This document shows positions 1 to 13,481 of a DNA stretch of 64,000 bases, piece by piece. Numbering within the stretch: position 1 is the stretch's first letter; each line of letters begins with the position of its first letter. The translations under genes and the position numbers were made by a program. Under the pieces are notes generated by a model. That model was not told the DNA's origin and ran no database searches. It saw only the letters and a list, made by a program, of their open reading frames with translations. The DNA is taken from contig OX597836.1 in NCBI GenBank assembly GCA_951406725.2, forward strand, positions 12,090,001 through 12,154,000. The letters are read 5' to 3'. This DNA is from Octopus vulgaris. Its lineage: Eukaryota.

Positions 1-399
1 TGTGCAATTATCATTTAACTGTTCAGCATTTAAATCCTCTTTATCTGGCCTCAATTATCATTTTGCTTTATGTTTGAACTGGCCAGACCTAGTTAGTGCA
101 TGTTAGGATTTCCACCATGGCTTAAACTACCATGTGAACCACTGTGAGTGAAGATCCCCTGGTTCTCGTTAGAACTTCTTTTTTTTTTCCTTTCAAATTG
201 AAAAATGTCTTTGTATCAACTGATGCATTCTGGTCCTTAAAAGGTAACTGAAAAGTCTGGTCCTTCTGCTCTTAATAATGGCCCTTCACCAATTCCTGGA
301 GATGCAATGTGAAGCATATGTTCTGTGCTGGGACGTTTATCTGAAGCATACGTGAGGAGAATACCATTTGAAGGAGGAAATATATAATGGCATTTCTTC

Positions 400-545
400 C
401 GGGTTTCAAATTCCACTGGCGCTGAATTTGCATTTCTGCCTTTCGGGTTGGATAAATTAAGTACCAGTCAAGAACTGGGGGTTATGTGATCGACTTACGC
501 CCTCCTCCAAAATTTCAGGCCTTGTGCCTACAGAAGAAAGGATTA
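400..545 (+). mobile_element. Nin/Deu-domain-like SINE fragment (family B)
   Basis: gcctttc...gataaattaagtaccag core, tail aaatttcaggccttgtgcc, then (ATT)n; shared with many copies in the window. Confidence 0.7.
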
Positions 546-712
546 TTATTATTATTATTACCTTTGCACAGCTTCTAACGCAGATGTACTACAGTGTCAG
601 CTGTTCACTACCAGTGAACTAAGGTAACACCTCTTATTTTTTGGGCACCTTCTGGAATATTACTCGATAAATAAGAGGTGTTATTATTATTACTGTTATT
701 ATTATCATCATT

Positions 713-743
<31 letters not shown>

Positions 744-894
744 TTATTATTATTCTGCTGAGGTCGACTCTGCCTTTCACCTTTGTCGAGGTCGATAAAA
801 TGAAATACCAGTGAAATAATGGGAGATGGGGTTGAAGTAATGAACTTGCTCCCTTCCTTTCAAAACTTCTGGCTTCATGCCAAAATTGGAAACC

Positions 895-1300
895 ATTATA
901 ATAATTTCATCATCATCATCAGCATTATTATTATTATTATCATTATTATTATTACTATTGTCATTATTGTTATCATTGTTATTTTTATTATTATTATTAT
1001 CATTGTTATTATTATCATCATCATCATCATTATTATTATTATTATTATCATTGTTATTATTATTATCATCATCATCATCATCATTATCATTGTTATTATT
1101 ATCATCATCATCAGCATTATTATTATTGTTATTGTTATTATTATTGTTATTATTATTATTATCATTATTATCATTCTTACTATTGTCATTATTGTTATCA
1201 TTATTTTTATTATTATTATTATCATCATCAGCATCATCATTATTATTCTTATTGTCATTATTGTCATTATTATCATTGTTATTATTATTATTATTATTGT
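895..1300. repeat. (ATT/ATC)n compound trinucleotide microsatellite
   Basis: Direct reading; explains the poly-Ile/Leu/Ser ORFs at 819-1342. Confidence 0.95.
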
Positions 1301-1934
1301 TACATCAGAAATAACTGTTGCTATATAAAATATTGTTATCATTGTTGTGAAATAGTCAATAGATGATGGTATGCAGCATTGGAATAGGAATAAAGGTTGC
1401 TTTCTTTTTTCTTTTTTTTCTTTCCTTTCCTTTCTTTTTTTTTTTTTTTTTAATAATCAATAAATTCTTACATCTTTCATCACCACCACCACCACCACCA
1501 CTACCATCATCACCACCACCACCACCACCACCTTCATTCATTCGTTCGTTCATACAGCCAGTCAGTCAGTCGTCCTCGCTTTAGATTTTCAATTTCTGGA
1601 ACTGTGCAAGCCTATGCTTATTTTTCGAATATAATCAATGACCAATCAATTGATTGATCAGCACCAGCAGCATTGCCGTTAATGCTGTTCTGCTTCAATA
1701 GCATATTCTTATAATTATTCCGTTTGTCCGTTTGTAAATGTGTAAAAGTTCGCATCGAACCTTTCTTGGAGCTGCCGTTTGTTATTGTTGTCATTGCTGT
1801 TATCTGTTGTTATTGTTGTTGTTGTTTTTGTTGTTGTTTCGCCCCAGTTCAGCATTGGTTGAATGTACCCATGATGAAAGGTATGCCAGCCATGGCCATC
1901 CTGTCACAGGCATGGTGTATCGAGGACTTTATTA

Positions 1935-2156
1935 TTGTTTTCTACTCTGAGCACAAGGCCTGAAGTTTTAGGGGAGGTGAAGGGGGCAGTCGATTAGATC
2001 GGCCCCAGTACGCAACTGGTACTTAATTTATCAACCCCCGAAAGGATGAAAGTCAAAGTCGACCTCGGTGGAATTTGAACTCAGAACGTAAAGACACAAA
2101 ATGCTGCTAAGCATGTCACCTGGCATGCTAACATTTCTACCAGCTTTCCACCTTAA
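1935..2156 (-). mobile_element. Nin/Deu-domain-like SINE (family B)
   Basis: Reverse complement of the family B body (ctggtacttaatttatcaacccccgaaaggatgaaagtcaaagtcgacctcgg...gaactcagaacg). Confidence 0.75.
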
Positions 2157-2177
2157 AGGACTTTATTATTTAACTGC

Positions 2178-2223
2178 TCGGTTGTCAAGCGATGCTGCGG
2201 GGATGAACAGACACACAAAATAT

Positions 2224-2256
<33 letters not shown>

Positions 2257-2438
2257 AATATACATACATATATACGACTGGCTTCTTCCAGTTTCTGTCT
2301 ACCAAATCCACTCACAAGGCTTTGGCTGGCCCGAGGCTATAGGAGAAGACACTTGCCCAAGGTGCCACGCAGTGGGACTGAACCCGGAACCATGTGGTTG
2401 GTAAGCAAGCTGATTACCACATACCCACACCTGCACCT
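2178..2438 (-). mobile_element. tRNA-derived SINE (family A), partial
   Basis: accaaatccactcacaaggctttgg...cttgcccaaggtgccacgcagtgggactgaacccggaaccatgtgg matches the other family A copies. Confidence 0.8.
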
Positions 2439-2573
2439 ATATATAAATCATTTGAGCAGCTCATTCGGCAAAAAACTTAATGCTCAAATGTTGTCTTTAA
2501 TGGTAGAGTCCACCATATATACACAGACACATATATTTGTTAGTGACAGAGGCAGTATTAATAGTGCGATGTA

Positions 2574-2819
2574 ATATTTATCTCCATTTAAAAGTGGATG
2601 TTCTGTTAGAACAAGCTATACTGTGGTAGTTAGCATGAGAGAAAGCTCTCATATTGGCTTTTGGAGCAAAATGCAGTGGGGAGATGAACCCATACCATTT
2701 TTCAGCACCAAGGCCATCATGGTGGTCTCAGCAAAGCCAATGGGAGAGTTTCTTTCATGGTAACTACCACAATATAGTCTGTCCTAACAGAACATCCATG
2801 TTTAAGTGGGGATGAATAT
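2574..2819. repeat. Long imperfect inverted repeat, ~88-bp arms
   Basis: 2574-2661 pairs with 2733-2819 (tggatgttctgttag/ctaacagaacatcca; tgtggtagtta/taactaccaca). Confidence 0.85.
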
Positions 2820-2830
2820 ACAGTACACGC

Positions 2831-2868
<38 letters not shown>

Positions 2869-3094
2869 CATCAGGCTTCTGCTGAGTTTCTCTCTACCAA
2901 ATCCACTCATAAGGCATTGGTTAGCCCAGGGCTATAGCAGAAGACACTGAAGGTACCATGCAGTGGGACTGAACCTGAGACCACATGTTTAGGAAGCAAG
3001 CTTCTCAACCACATACCCGCACCTGCACTGTGTGTGTAAAGAGAGAGAGAGAGAGAGAGAGATGTAATATAGTATATAAGGAGTATTTCTTAGT

Positions 3095-3312
3095 GACCAT
3101 TGCCACCGCCACCTCAACTGGCCTCTGTGCCGGTGGCACGTGAAAAGCACCCACTACACTCACGGAGTGGTTGGCATTAGGAAGGGCATCCAGCTGTAGA
3201 AACACTGCCAGATCAGACTCGAGCCTGGTGCAGCCTCTTGGCTTCCCAGACCCCAGTCGAACTGTCCAACCCATGCTAGCATGGAAAGCAAACGTTAAAC
3301 GATGATGATGAT
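3095..3312 (+). mobile_element. RTE-related non-autonomous short retroelement (family D) with (GAT)n tail
   Basis: gtgccggtggcacg...aggaagggcatccagctgtagaaac...gcatggaaagcaaacgttaaacgatgatgatg; RTE assignment from recall of the motif. Confidence 0.65.
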
Positions 3313-4213
3313 AATGAATGTAGGGTTAACTGTTCTTTCTTGTTTTCAAACTGTCATGCTGCTTCTGTATAAGCAAGGACCAAGCGCTGCTCCAACAATG
3401 AACGAGGTTTGGGGTTGAGGTTGGTGTGTTTGGTTTTGGCAAAGGTCCTAAACCGTGTGTAGTATCAAGGTGGAAGATCTGAAAATTGATTTGCCAGCTT
3501 TGAATCAAATTATTAATAATGGAGACCGTTAATTGGTAATGGCAGATGCTATTAATACGCGACACCAATAAATTCTGGAGAGTGTTTGGTCTTGTTCGGT
3601 TTTATATTTCTGGAGTTCAAGTCCAGTCGGAATTAACTGTCTGTTTGTTTCTAGTTTAATAAGATGAACACAAGAACTATTCTGGAACTTTTTCATTAGA
3701 TTATATCTCAAAACTTCACCTTCGCCACCAAAACAAAATGACCTTTTTCATTGGTCAAAGTTGTGCAGTATAAAGACCAATAACGATGGTCAAATTATGA
3801 TTCTGTTTTGGACAATTAACTTCGTTGTCTGTAAAATAACACTCCATAGGATTGACTTGACTGTCAGAGACATTTGTGTGTTCAAATCTCGCAAAAGATA
3901 ACTTTGGCTTTTATCCTTCAGGGCCATAGAAGAGACCTACTCAAAGCGCCATTAGTGGGATTGAACTTGAAACCACACAGTACAGGGCCTGTTTAATCCT
4001 TAATCCTTTGGCATTTAAACTGGCCATATCAAGCCCAACACTTTTTCTGCAAAATAGGGGTAGCTTATCCTGTTCAGGCTATTATTATTAGCATTATCCT
4101 GCCTTTGAGAATTTAAAATCACTTCTTTAACCTTCTAAGGCATCTTAACACTTCTAATGCAAACTTCGTTTGTTTGTTTACGCTCATCGTAATTTGAATT
4201 TTTATATATATAT

Positions 4214-4415
4214 AGAACGCCATAATAGACCGTTAGCTCCTACACGCATTTTTTTCTCTCCTTGTTTCTTTTCTGTGTATCTTTCTGTCGAAGAGCGTAG
4301 GCTCAAAACGTAAAAGACTTGTTCTATTTTTATTCCTGAGCGCCATACTAATACATTTGTTTGTTTGTACTCCACCTGCCTTCGTCTTTTGTTTATTTTC
4401 GTAAACCTTCCCGTT
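4214..4415 (+). mobile_element. (TA)n-flanked Penelope-like remnant with degenerate hammerhead motif
   Basis: 4280-4317 tcttt-CTGTCGA-A-GAGC-gtag-GCTC-AAAA-CGT-A-aaaga; related layout at 38.7, 39.4 and 48.9 kb. Confidence 0.6.
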
Positions 4416-4434
4416 ATATATATATATATATACC

Positions 4435-4848
4435 CTTTTACTCGTTTACTTGTTTCAGTCATTTGACTGTGGCCTTGCTGGAGCACCACCTTTTTAGTTG
4501 AGCAAATCAACCCTGGGACTTATTCTTTGTAAGCCTAGTACTTATGCTATCTTACTCTTTTGCCGAACCGCTAAGTTACGGGGAAGTAAACACACCAGCA
4601 TTGGTTGTCAAGCGATGCTGGGAGGGGGGGCAAACACAGACACACAAACACACACACACACACATACATAAATATACATATATACAACCGGCTTCTTTCA
4701 GTTTCCGTCTACCAAATCCACTCACAAGGCTTTGGTCGGCGCGAGGCTATAGTAGAAGACTCTTGCCCAAGGTGCCACGCAGTGGGACTGAACCCAGAAC
4801 CATGTGGTTGGTAAGGAAGCTACTTATCACACACCCACTCCTGCACCT
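4435..4848 (-). mobile_element. Full-length tRNA-derived SINE (family A)
   Basis: Head, internal CA/TA tract and tail (gtttcagtcatttgactg...gctggagcacc) all present. Confidence 0.85.
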
Positions 4849-4861
4849 ATATATATATCTA

Positions 4862-4907
<46 letters not shown>

Positions 4908-5261
4908 AAAATGGAGAAATACATCTAAATCAATTATCAACTCCCAGATAATACCCAATCACATGTATTTCTCCATTTTCTTATTTTGTATTATTAATTT
5001 GTGGTAAAACATTTTACCTTTGCCCATATAATACAGTAAATGAATTAATTGCATCACAATTCTTAACATTTATGTATTAGCTTTGTTGGGTACTTCTCTA
5101 GCAGTATATTGGATATATGTTATCCCATGGAGGGTTGCATTTACAACCCCTATCTTAATTTCATCATCATCATCATCATCATTTAACGTCCGCTTTCCAT
5201 GCTAGCATGGGTTGGACGGTTTAACTGGGGTCTGGGGAGCCCAAAGGCTGCACCAGGCCAG

Positions 5262-5267
<6 letters not shown>

Positions 5268-5296
<29 letters not shown>

Positions 5297-5598
5297 TGTA
5301 TGTATGTATGTATGTATGTATGTATGTATGTATGTATGTATGTATGTATGTATGTATGTATGTATGTATGTATGTATGTATGTATGTATGTATGTATGTA
5401 TGTATGTATGTATGTATGTATGTATGTATGTATGTATGTATGTATGTATGTATGTATGTATGTATGTATGTATGTATGTATGTATGTATGTATGTATGTA
5501 TGTATGTATGTATGTATGTATGTATGTATGTATGTATGTATGTATGTATGTATGTATGTATGTATGTATGTATGTATGTATGTATGTATGTATGTATG
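5268..5598. repeat. (TATG)n perfect tetranucleotide array
   Basis: Direct reading, ~330 bp uninterrupted. Confidence 0.98.
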
Positions 5599-7067
5599 TT
5601 GGGCTTCACATGTGTGTGTGAATGTATGTGTCATCTGAGTTATATCAATGTAACCTAATTATAACATGTATACATGAAACATGTATTACACCCATATATG
5701 ATATATCTGCCTAACATGGTTATATATGGTATCCAAATGTTGTATCCTTTTTATAATATGCAGTTATATTAAAACAATACGCTATATACTTCTTAGTTAT
5801 ATCATACACACACACACTCACATAGTTTATAGTTTTACATTTGTTAATAAGAAGAAAAATTAACGATGGAGAAACACACTTAGAACATATTGGACCAGAA
5901 GGCATACCGATGGCTGAGGTTTTTTTTCCCACCCCCACGCTGCCTTCACATGCGCCTGCACGCTTAAGAGAGAAATGGAGAGAAATGGGGAGGGAAAGAG
6001 AGAGAGAGAGAGAGTGTGTGAGAGGCTCGCTCCGTATCACACAAACTCATATCTACAAGCTGTTGCGACCGCATCTGCTAATTTTTCTTGCCGGTGCATT
6101 GCCGAGCAGCGATAAACATCGGCCCATTATATTAAGTACAATGCTTCGTTAGACAATCCTTTTGTTGGCTGATTGCAATTGAAGAACCGATTCAATACTT
6201 CGTTAAGTGCTATCTCCCTGCAAGCAAAGCACGAGTGAACACACAAACGCACACGCACTCACTCACACACTCACAAACGCACACACACACACACATACGC
6301 ATAGTATTGAGCCGCTCCATCTGGGATCTTGGGATAAGATGCTTAAGAGCCAAGCTATCAATTGATACAGGGTATCTTCAGAAGAATTTCTATGCAACCA
6401 GAATTGGAAAAGGGAGTACATGATGGGTGTTTGAGCCAAATTTGGTTATTTAAAAAATTTTTTTTTATATCTCCTTTTTTCTTGAATAGCTTGCTGTATT
6501 GCTGTCTTGTCTTGCCTTGTCTTGAGACAGCATTCACCCGGGGTGGGTTGAGCTGGCTTCATTCATCCTCAATGCTGCATCTCTCACAAACGCCAACCAG
6601 TCCTGGCAGTTTGAGGCTAACGACCGCGTGATCTCCAACCACTTGAATATCTTGCGTTGGGAGATTGAAAAATAGTAATTTTCTAAGTTATAAATCACTG
6701 ACTAGTTTTCATTTTAAAAACTATATTTTGAACATGAATTTGGCAGTGCTGCCTCTAACCAAACAATTATTCTGTGCTGATGAAGAGAAATAACCCAGGA
6801 ATCACGAAACACAAATATTGTTTTGAGCTGAGTGGGGGGTACTAGATTCTCTTGTTCAAAAATATAAGGACACAGAATGTGTCATATAGCCAGCTGGAGA
6901 CGATGTCTCCAGGGGCTAAATTACCGCAACATTAGTCCTAAACCTGGACTACCATAATATGTTGGCAAACAATCTTTACTAAACTTTCCAGAAGCTTATA
7001 TATGCCCATGTCTAGACATGCAACTATATGCATGAAAATACATGCATATTTCAGAACATACAAATTT

Positions 7068-7125
<58 letters not shown>

Positions 7126-7231
7126 ATATACATACATACATAAAAAAAACACCCTGTTGATGTTGTTGAAATTCCAGTGAAGGAACCTTAGATCTAGGTT
7201 AGGAACCAGCTCTCTCCTTATTGACCAGAAA

Positions 7232-7624
7232 TCTCTATATATAAAGCTGAAGTTGTCGGTGTATGGCAGGTTTGGTAGCCTTCAACTAACACTATCTCCT
7301 TCAAGACCCTGCAGCGCAAGTTGACCAAAATTGAGAGTATGATAGAAGAAGGCCTGCTCTTCATTCTGTAGAAGATAAAATTCAAATTGGACCATGTTAA
7401 CACCAAAAATTATTTACATCGAAAAGGTGCTATTTTTATATGAAAATCCCTATTTTTTTTACGATACTTTGACTGCTGTGTCGCTGTTTTTTCAGTGTAT
7501 TTCAACCAGAAAAATGTTCACTTAAAGAGAATAACAAGCTGCATAATGCAGAATTTTTACTTTTCAAAATTTCCAATTCTTAAGGGCCGAAGCAAACCCG
7601 AGCAACGCCAGGCGATACTGCTAG
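7232..7624 (+). mobile_element. Non-autonomous Helitron, copy 1
   Basis: 5' TC start, 3' GC-rich hairpin remnant (cccgagcaacgccagg) then CTAG, inserted between A and T with no TSD; near-identical copy at 10348-10752. Confidence 0.8.
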
Positions 7625-8154
7625 TCTTAATATAAAACTGAATAATGACATACATACACACATTACCTCATTAGTGAATTCCTGTCCAGTCGTCCATGTT
7701 AACTTGGATTAAATTGCTCTTGTAAGTAAAAAAGAAAAATCAGTCATTTACACTTTGGAGTGGGAAAGTGTAATTTCTTTTTATTGTTTTCTTTATTTAA
7801 AAAAAAAGATTCTATTAGTTTTTATTATTTTTTTATTCTCTCACAATCAGGTGTCTCTTTTAATAATGACCAATCAAGTGTGATCAGATTAGATATAGTA
7901 TATTACAGCTGCCTGTCCAATCGCGGTTGACTGGGTTTATTAACTGAATATTATTACAGCTGCTGGTGCTTCTGATGATGTCTTTAATATTCGAAAACCG
8001 ATAGTCATAGTGCTTACACCACCCCCTACATACAACTACAACAACAATGCAAAAAACCTTTGGACCTCAGAGTGATTAGGCTAGACATTTAACTTCCAAA
8101 TGAGCAGATCTTTTCCTCTGCGCCATGGAGGAGAAAAAGTGTCACCTACATATA

Positions 8155-8195
<41 letters not shown>

Positions 8196-8199
<4 letters not shown>

Positions 8200-8324
8200 G
8201 TAAATGTAATATGTGACAATTATCCGGTAGCCATGATAAAATTCCGAGTTTCGGATGTCTAGGTGGAAAAACTCGGAGTTTTATCTTGGCTACCGAATAA
8301 TTGTCACATATTAGATTTACAGAT
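8196..8324. repeat. Near-perfect inverted repeat, ~56-bp arms, next to (TA)n
   Basis: atctgtaaatgtaatatgtgacaattatccggtagcc...gagttt pairs with aaactcgg...ggctaccgaataattgtcacatattagatttacagat. Confidence 0.9.
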
Positions 8325-8395
8325 AAATTCCTCTATTTACATAATATCGAGGTCTCTTTCTTTCTTTCTTTTGTTGTCTTACGGTTTTATCAATA

Positions 8396-8435
<40 letters not shown>

Positions 8436-8454
8436 TGTGTGTGTATGTGTGTAC

Positions 8455-8770
8455 ACATGGTTCAGTGGTAAGATTGTTGGTCTCACAATCCTGAGGTAGT
8501 GAGTTTGATTCTTGGATCAGGCAGTGTGTTGTGTTCTTGAACAAGACACTTTACTTCACATTGCTCCAGTCTACTCAGCTGTAGAAATGAGTTGCAAGGC
8601 AGCAAGCAGGCAGAAACGTTAGCACGCCGAGCAAAATACTTGGCGGTATTTCGTCTGTCTTTACGTTTTGAGTTCTAATTCCGCCGAGGTTGACTTTGCC
8701 TTTCATCCTTTCGGGGTCGATAAATTAAGTACCAGTTCTGCACTGGGGTCGATGTAATCGACTTTGTCTG
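8455..8770 (+). mobile_element. tRNA-derived SINE (family C) followed by Nin-like SINE (family B)
   Basis: tggttcagtggtaag...gagtttgattc (A/B box-like), cttgaacaagacactt; then gcagaaacgttagcacg...gcctttcatcctttcggggtcgataaattaagtaccag. Confidence 0.7.
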
Positions 8771-10347
8771 TCCTCAGAATGTACCAATAGACAAAATAAT
8801 TTTATATATATATATATATATATATTTTGAAAGAGAGTCTGACTCTGTTTCAATAAAAAAAAAGTACCCAACCTTTCTGTCTGTCCTTCTTTTTTCTTTT
8901 TGTCTGTCTCTCTCTCTTGTTGCCTCTGTTTCTCTTTCTCTCTCAATATAGAAGTACCTGCTCTTTCTCTGTCTCTCTTTTTTCTCTTTGTCTGTCTCTC
9001 TGTCACTTTCATCAGCTTCTGTCTGTCTGTCTGTCTCTCCCCCTCTCCCAATAAAAGAAGTGCCCCCCTCCCCCGCGTCATTTACACCACTTCATTTTGC
9101 CATATTAATCTTCTGTCCGGGACCCACTTATTTAAAGATGGGTTTTCGATATTTTCTTGAACCAAGCCGTTTTTCATCTTTGCACAGGTTGTAATTAATT
9201 AAAAACCATCATTAGCACCACAATCCCCAACACCTCCACCGCTACCACCACCACCACTGTCACCGCCACCATTGTCTAACATTGTTGTTGTTTTGTATAA
9301 CATTATAGTTATCGACATCACTGATAATTAACAGGTATAGACACTAACACACACATATACACACACACAGGTAGAATGGAATTAGTTCTGGGTGGGTACC
9401 AAAGGTAATTATTAGTTAAAAAAAAATGCCTTTATGTCAATAAATGGTCTTCCTGACAAACAAATCTATGTCTGCACATCACACGCGAGAACACATACAT
9501 ATACTGATACACACACACACACATATCTGTACACACACATACATACACACACACATGTATGCATGCATACACCTGTGTATGTAGATACGGTGGCTACTCA
9601 TCACACACGCATACATATTTATGGTGACTGGACATCACACACACTGACACACACATATGCTGACACACATCTATACACATGCACACACACACACACAGAA
9701 CAAAGCCCCTTCCTCCTCATACACACACACACAAACAGAACAACCCCCACACAACACATACGTACACACAATGCAGAACAACCTTCCCTCACACACAGAA
9801 CAACCCACACTCACACACAAAGACGAACAAGACACACACACACACACATGCACACACGCACATGCACACACACACACATGCACACACACACAGAATAAAG
9901 CCCCTTCCCCCGCATACACACACAGAACAACAACTCACACACACATACACACAATATCTACACCTCCCTCCCATCACGACCACCACCGCCTACACAAGCA
10001 TGCATATCTTTATATACATTGATTACTTTAATCTAGTTATCAGGTAGGTGTTGAGTCTGTGAAAAACACAACAGAAACAGCCCTCACCCTCCCCGAAAAA
10101 AAACCCAAAAAGAAAAAAAAAAAACCCCAGACTAACCCAGGAACTGGTATCTTAAAATGTCTAGCACCACAGTTGCCAGTCCAGTCATTGTTTACCACCT
10201 GTCTAATTAGTCAAACATCCTGAAACAACCTTCCTTTGTTGGATTATTAGCTTTGGGGGTGATGGAAGTCAAACAGATAGCCAGAGACAGATAACCTAAC
10301 CAGCTGACCCTTCCCAAGTACATATGTCAGATAACAGTGTGTGTATA

Positions 10348-10751
10348 TCTCTCTCTATATATATATATAAAGCTGAGGTTGTCTGTCTGTGTATGGCAGG
10401 TTTGGTAGCCTTCAACTAACACTATCTCCTCCGAGACCCTTCGGCACAAGTTGACCAAAATTGAGAGTATGATAGAAGAACACTTGCTCTTCCTTCAGTA
10501 GAAGACAAAATTCAAATTGGACCATGTTAACACCAAAAATTATTTACATCAAAAAGGTGCTTTTTTTTCTACGAAAATCCCTATTTTTTACGATCTTTTG
10601 ACTGCTGTGTTGCCATTTTTCGGTGTATTTCAACCAGAAAAATGTTCACTTAAAGAGAATAACAAGCTACATAATGCAGAATTTTTACTTTTCAAAAATT
10701 CCAATTCTAAAGGGTCGAAACAAACCCGAGCAACGCCAGGCATTACTGCTA

Positions 10752-10752
<1 letters not shown>
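10348..10752 (+). mobile_element. Non-autonomous Helitron, copy 2
   Basis: Same internal sequence as 7232-7624; TC start, hairpin plus CTAG end, A|T insertion. Confidence 0.8.
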
Positions 10753-10795
<43 letters not shown>

Positions 10796-11227
10796 TTTTT
10801 ATTAGTTTCAGTCGGTTGACTGCGGCCATGCTGGAACACCACCTTTTAGTCAAACAAATCGACCCCAAGACTGAAGTCTCACCACAAGATTTCAGTTCAG
10901 TGTCATTTCCCAGCTCCAGCAGGAAGTAAATCAACAGATTTAACTGCTATTTCTAGTGAATCAAACAGCCACATATACACATTTCTCATCGTCTCATCTA
11001 GACGACACAGATTTGTGGTGCTGTGTGTTTTTTTTTTTGTTACCAAGTGAAACATCTGATTTCTTACACTGAAACCCCCTAGTATAATCGTTCCCATTGC
11101 CTCTGGTATTTAATTGGGTTTCCATTTGGTCATTGTAATTAATTCATTTATCATTGTCATCATCATCATTATTATTATTATTATTATTACTATGATTATT
11201 ATTATTATTATTATTATTACTCTTTTT

Positions 11228-11444
11228 ACTCTTTTTACTCTTTTACTCTTTTACTTGTTTCAGTCATTTGACTGCGGCCATGCTGGAGCACCGCGTTTAG
11301 TCGAGCAAATCGACCCCGCGACTTATTCTTTGTAAGCCCAGTACTTATTCTATCGGTCTCTTGCCGAACCGCTAAGTGACGGGGACGTAAACACACCAGC
11401 ATCGGTTGTCAAGCAATGCTAGGGGGACAAACACAGACACACAA

Positions 11445-11475
<31 letters not shown>

Positions 11476-11647
11476 CATATATACGACGGGCTTCTTTCAG
11501 TTTCCGTCTACCAAATCCACTCACAAGGCTTTGGTCGGTCCTGGGCCATAGCAGAAGACACTTGCCCAAGATGCCACGCAGTGGGACTGAACCCAGAACC
11601 ATGTGGTTGGTTAGCAAGCTACTTACCACACAGCCACTCCTGCGCCT
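11228..11647 (-). mobile_element. Full-length tRNA-derived SINE (family A)
   Basis: Complete head and tail; flanked by a duplicated ttactatgattatt sequence (11187 and 11648), consistent with a TSD in an (ATT)n tract. Confidence 0.85.
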
Positions 11648-11654
11648 TACTATG

Positions 11655-11699
<45 letters not shown>

Positions 11700-12124
11700 A
11701 TTACGTTTTCGTTCTGCCAGTAAGCAACTGTGGAATTAGAAGAGATTTGCTCCCAACTCCCACCCCTGCGCTTCTGTTAACGTCAACCCAAGGCAATGTT
11801 TGGGATATTAATTAATAATATGCACCAATTAGTGCCAAAGTATTGGTGTGTGTGTGTGTGTCTCTGTGTTTTATGGCAGTCAGACTGGATGTGAAATACT
11901 GGTTGGATTTCAGTGGTGACGTGTTTTGTGCTTCTTAAAACACTCAAATGCAGAGTCACAGACACGGTTGCGTGCTTAAGAAGTTCGCTTCCCGTCCACG
12001 TGGTCTCGGGTTCCGTTCCACTGTGTGGAGAAAAAATTAGGCAACGGTGTTCCGCTAGAACTGTTTCAGAAACCCCATCTAGCCCGTACGAGTATGGCAA
12101 TACAGGCAGAAAATGAGGTCATTG

Positions 12125-12433
12125 ATGGTGGTGGTTGTTGTGATGATGGTGGTGGTGATGGTGGTGGTGGTGGTGGTGGTGGTGGTGGTGGTGGTGGTGG
12201 TGGTGGTGGTGGTGATGATGGTGGTGGTGGTGGTGGTGGTGGATAGTGGTGGTGGTGGTGATGATGGTGGTAGTCATGATGGTGGTAGTCATGATGGTGA
12301 TGGTGGTGTTGGTGGTAGTCATGATGGTGGTGGCGGTGGTTGTAGTGATGATGGTGATGATAGTGGTAGTGATGATGATGGTGATGGTGGTGATGGTAGT
12401 GATGATGATGGTGATAGTCATGATGATGATGAT
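12125..12433. repeat. (GGT/GAT)n trinucleotide repeat
   Basis: Direct reading. Confidence 0.95.
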
Positions 12434-12722
12434 CTAGTCACTGATATGTTACTCTTGTGTATATATATATATGTATAGATATAGATATCATGACCGGTTT
12501 ATTTAAGGTGGTGAGTTGGCTTAGTCATTGGAGTATCATAAAAAAAGAAGAAAAAAAACCCCAAAAAACTGTGCTCTTGGCTCTTTACATTCTGAGCTCA
12601 AATCCCACCAAAGTCAACTTGGCCTTTTATCCTTTCAGGGTCAATAAAACAAGTACCAGTTGAGCACTGCCCTGAAATTGCTGGCCTTGTGCCAAACTTC
12701 GAAACTTATTATTATTATTATT

Positions 12723-12781
<59 letters not shown>

Positions 12782-13428
12782 GTGTCAGTGTGTGTTTGTC
12801 CCTGAAACCTAGCAGTTCAGCAAAAAAATATCGATAAAAATAGCACCAAGCTTATTAACAAAGCAAGTGCTGGGGTTGATTTATTGGACTACAATAAAAT
12901 TCAACAAGGTGTGCTCCAGCATGGCAGCAGTCTGAACCAGGTAAAACGTATAAGACTCACGACGACGTCACCGGCGTGTTTTCTTCAGAAGGGGATTCGA
13001 CTGCTGTTTCTAGCATTTGGCCGAATGACCTAGTGTAGAAGAGGCCTGCCTTGTTTTTCTAGCATTTTCCATGTTTGTAAAGAATTTCATCTGTTATGCT
13101 GTCATTTGAATTCTTGGAGAGATTTATTGTTCGTTGGGAAGGAATTAGGAAGCGAGGGGGAGGAGCGGTGTTGTGGGGGGTGTGGGGGTGGTTGTACAGG
13201 TGAGTGGAATTCACTGTTTACCGAGAAACAACATATTAACAATTCTGCGATTTATTCCTTATTTCTTTTTTTCTTTTTCTCTCTGTCTTTTGTTTTGTTT
13301 TTTTTTTTCTTGTAAATTTTTCCCTTTATTTCACAATAATGTAGGTCAATCATTTGGTTTTCCTTTTTGTTTTTTTTTTTAATTCTTTACTGATTCATGG
13401 TGGCATCATCTCATCTCTCTTCTTCCTT

Positions 13429-13481
<53 letters not shown>

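Noticed and set aside
819-1342. Long poly-Ile/Leu/Met ORFs
   Set aside because: Translations of (ATT/ATC)n; open in several frames on both strands.
6775-6830. CTGATGA...CGAAAC hammerhead-like string
   Set aside because: Stem II is mismatched and no stem III/UH/stem I closure is visible.
7168-7216. CCAGTGA-AG-AACCT..AGGTT-AGGAACCAG hammerhead-like string
   Set aside because: Too many core deviations to call from one copy.
7968-8010. CTGATGA...CGAAA string
   Set aside because: No pairing for stem II.
10517-10819. 100-aa ORF
   Set aside because: Lies inside a non-autonomous Helitron and runs into (TA)n; no domain recognised.
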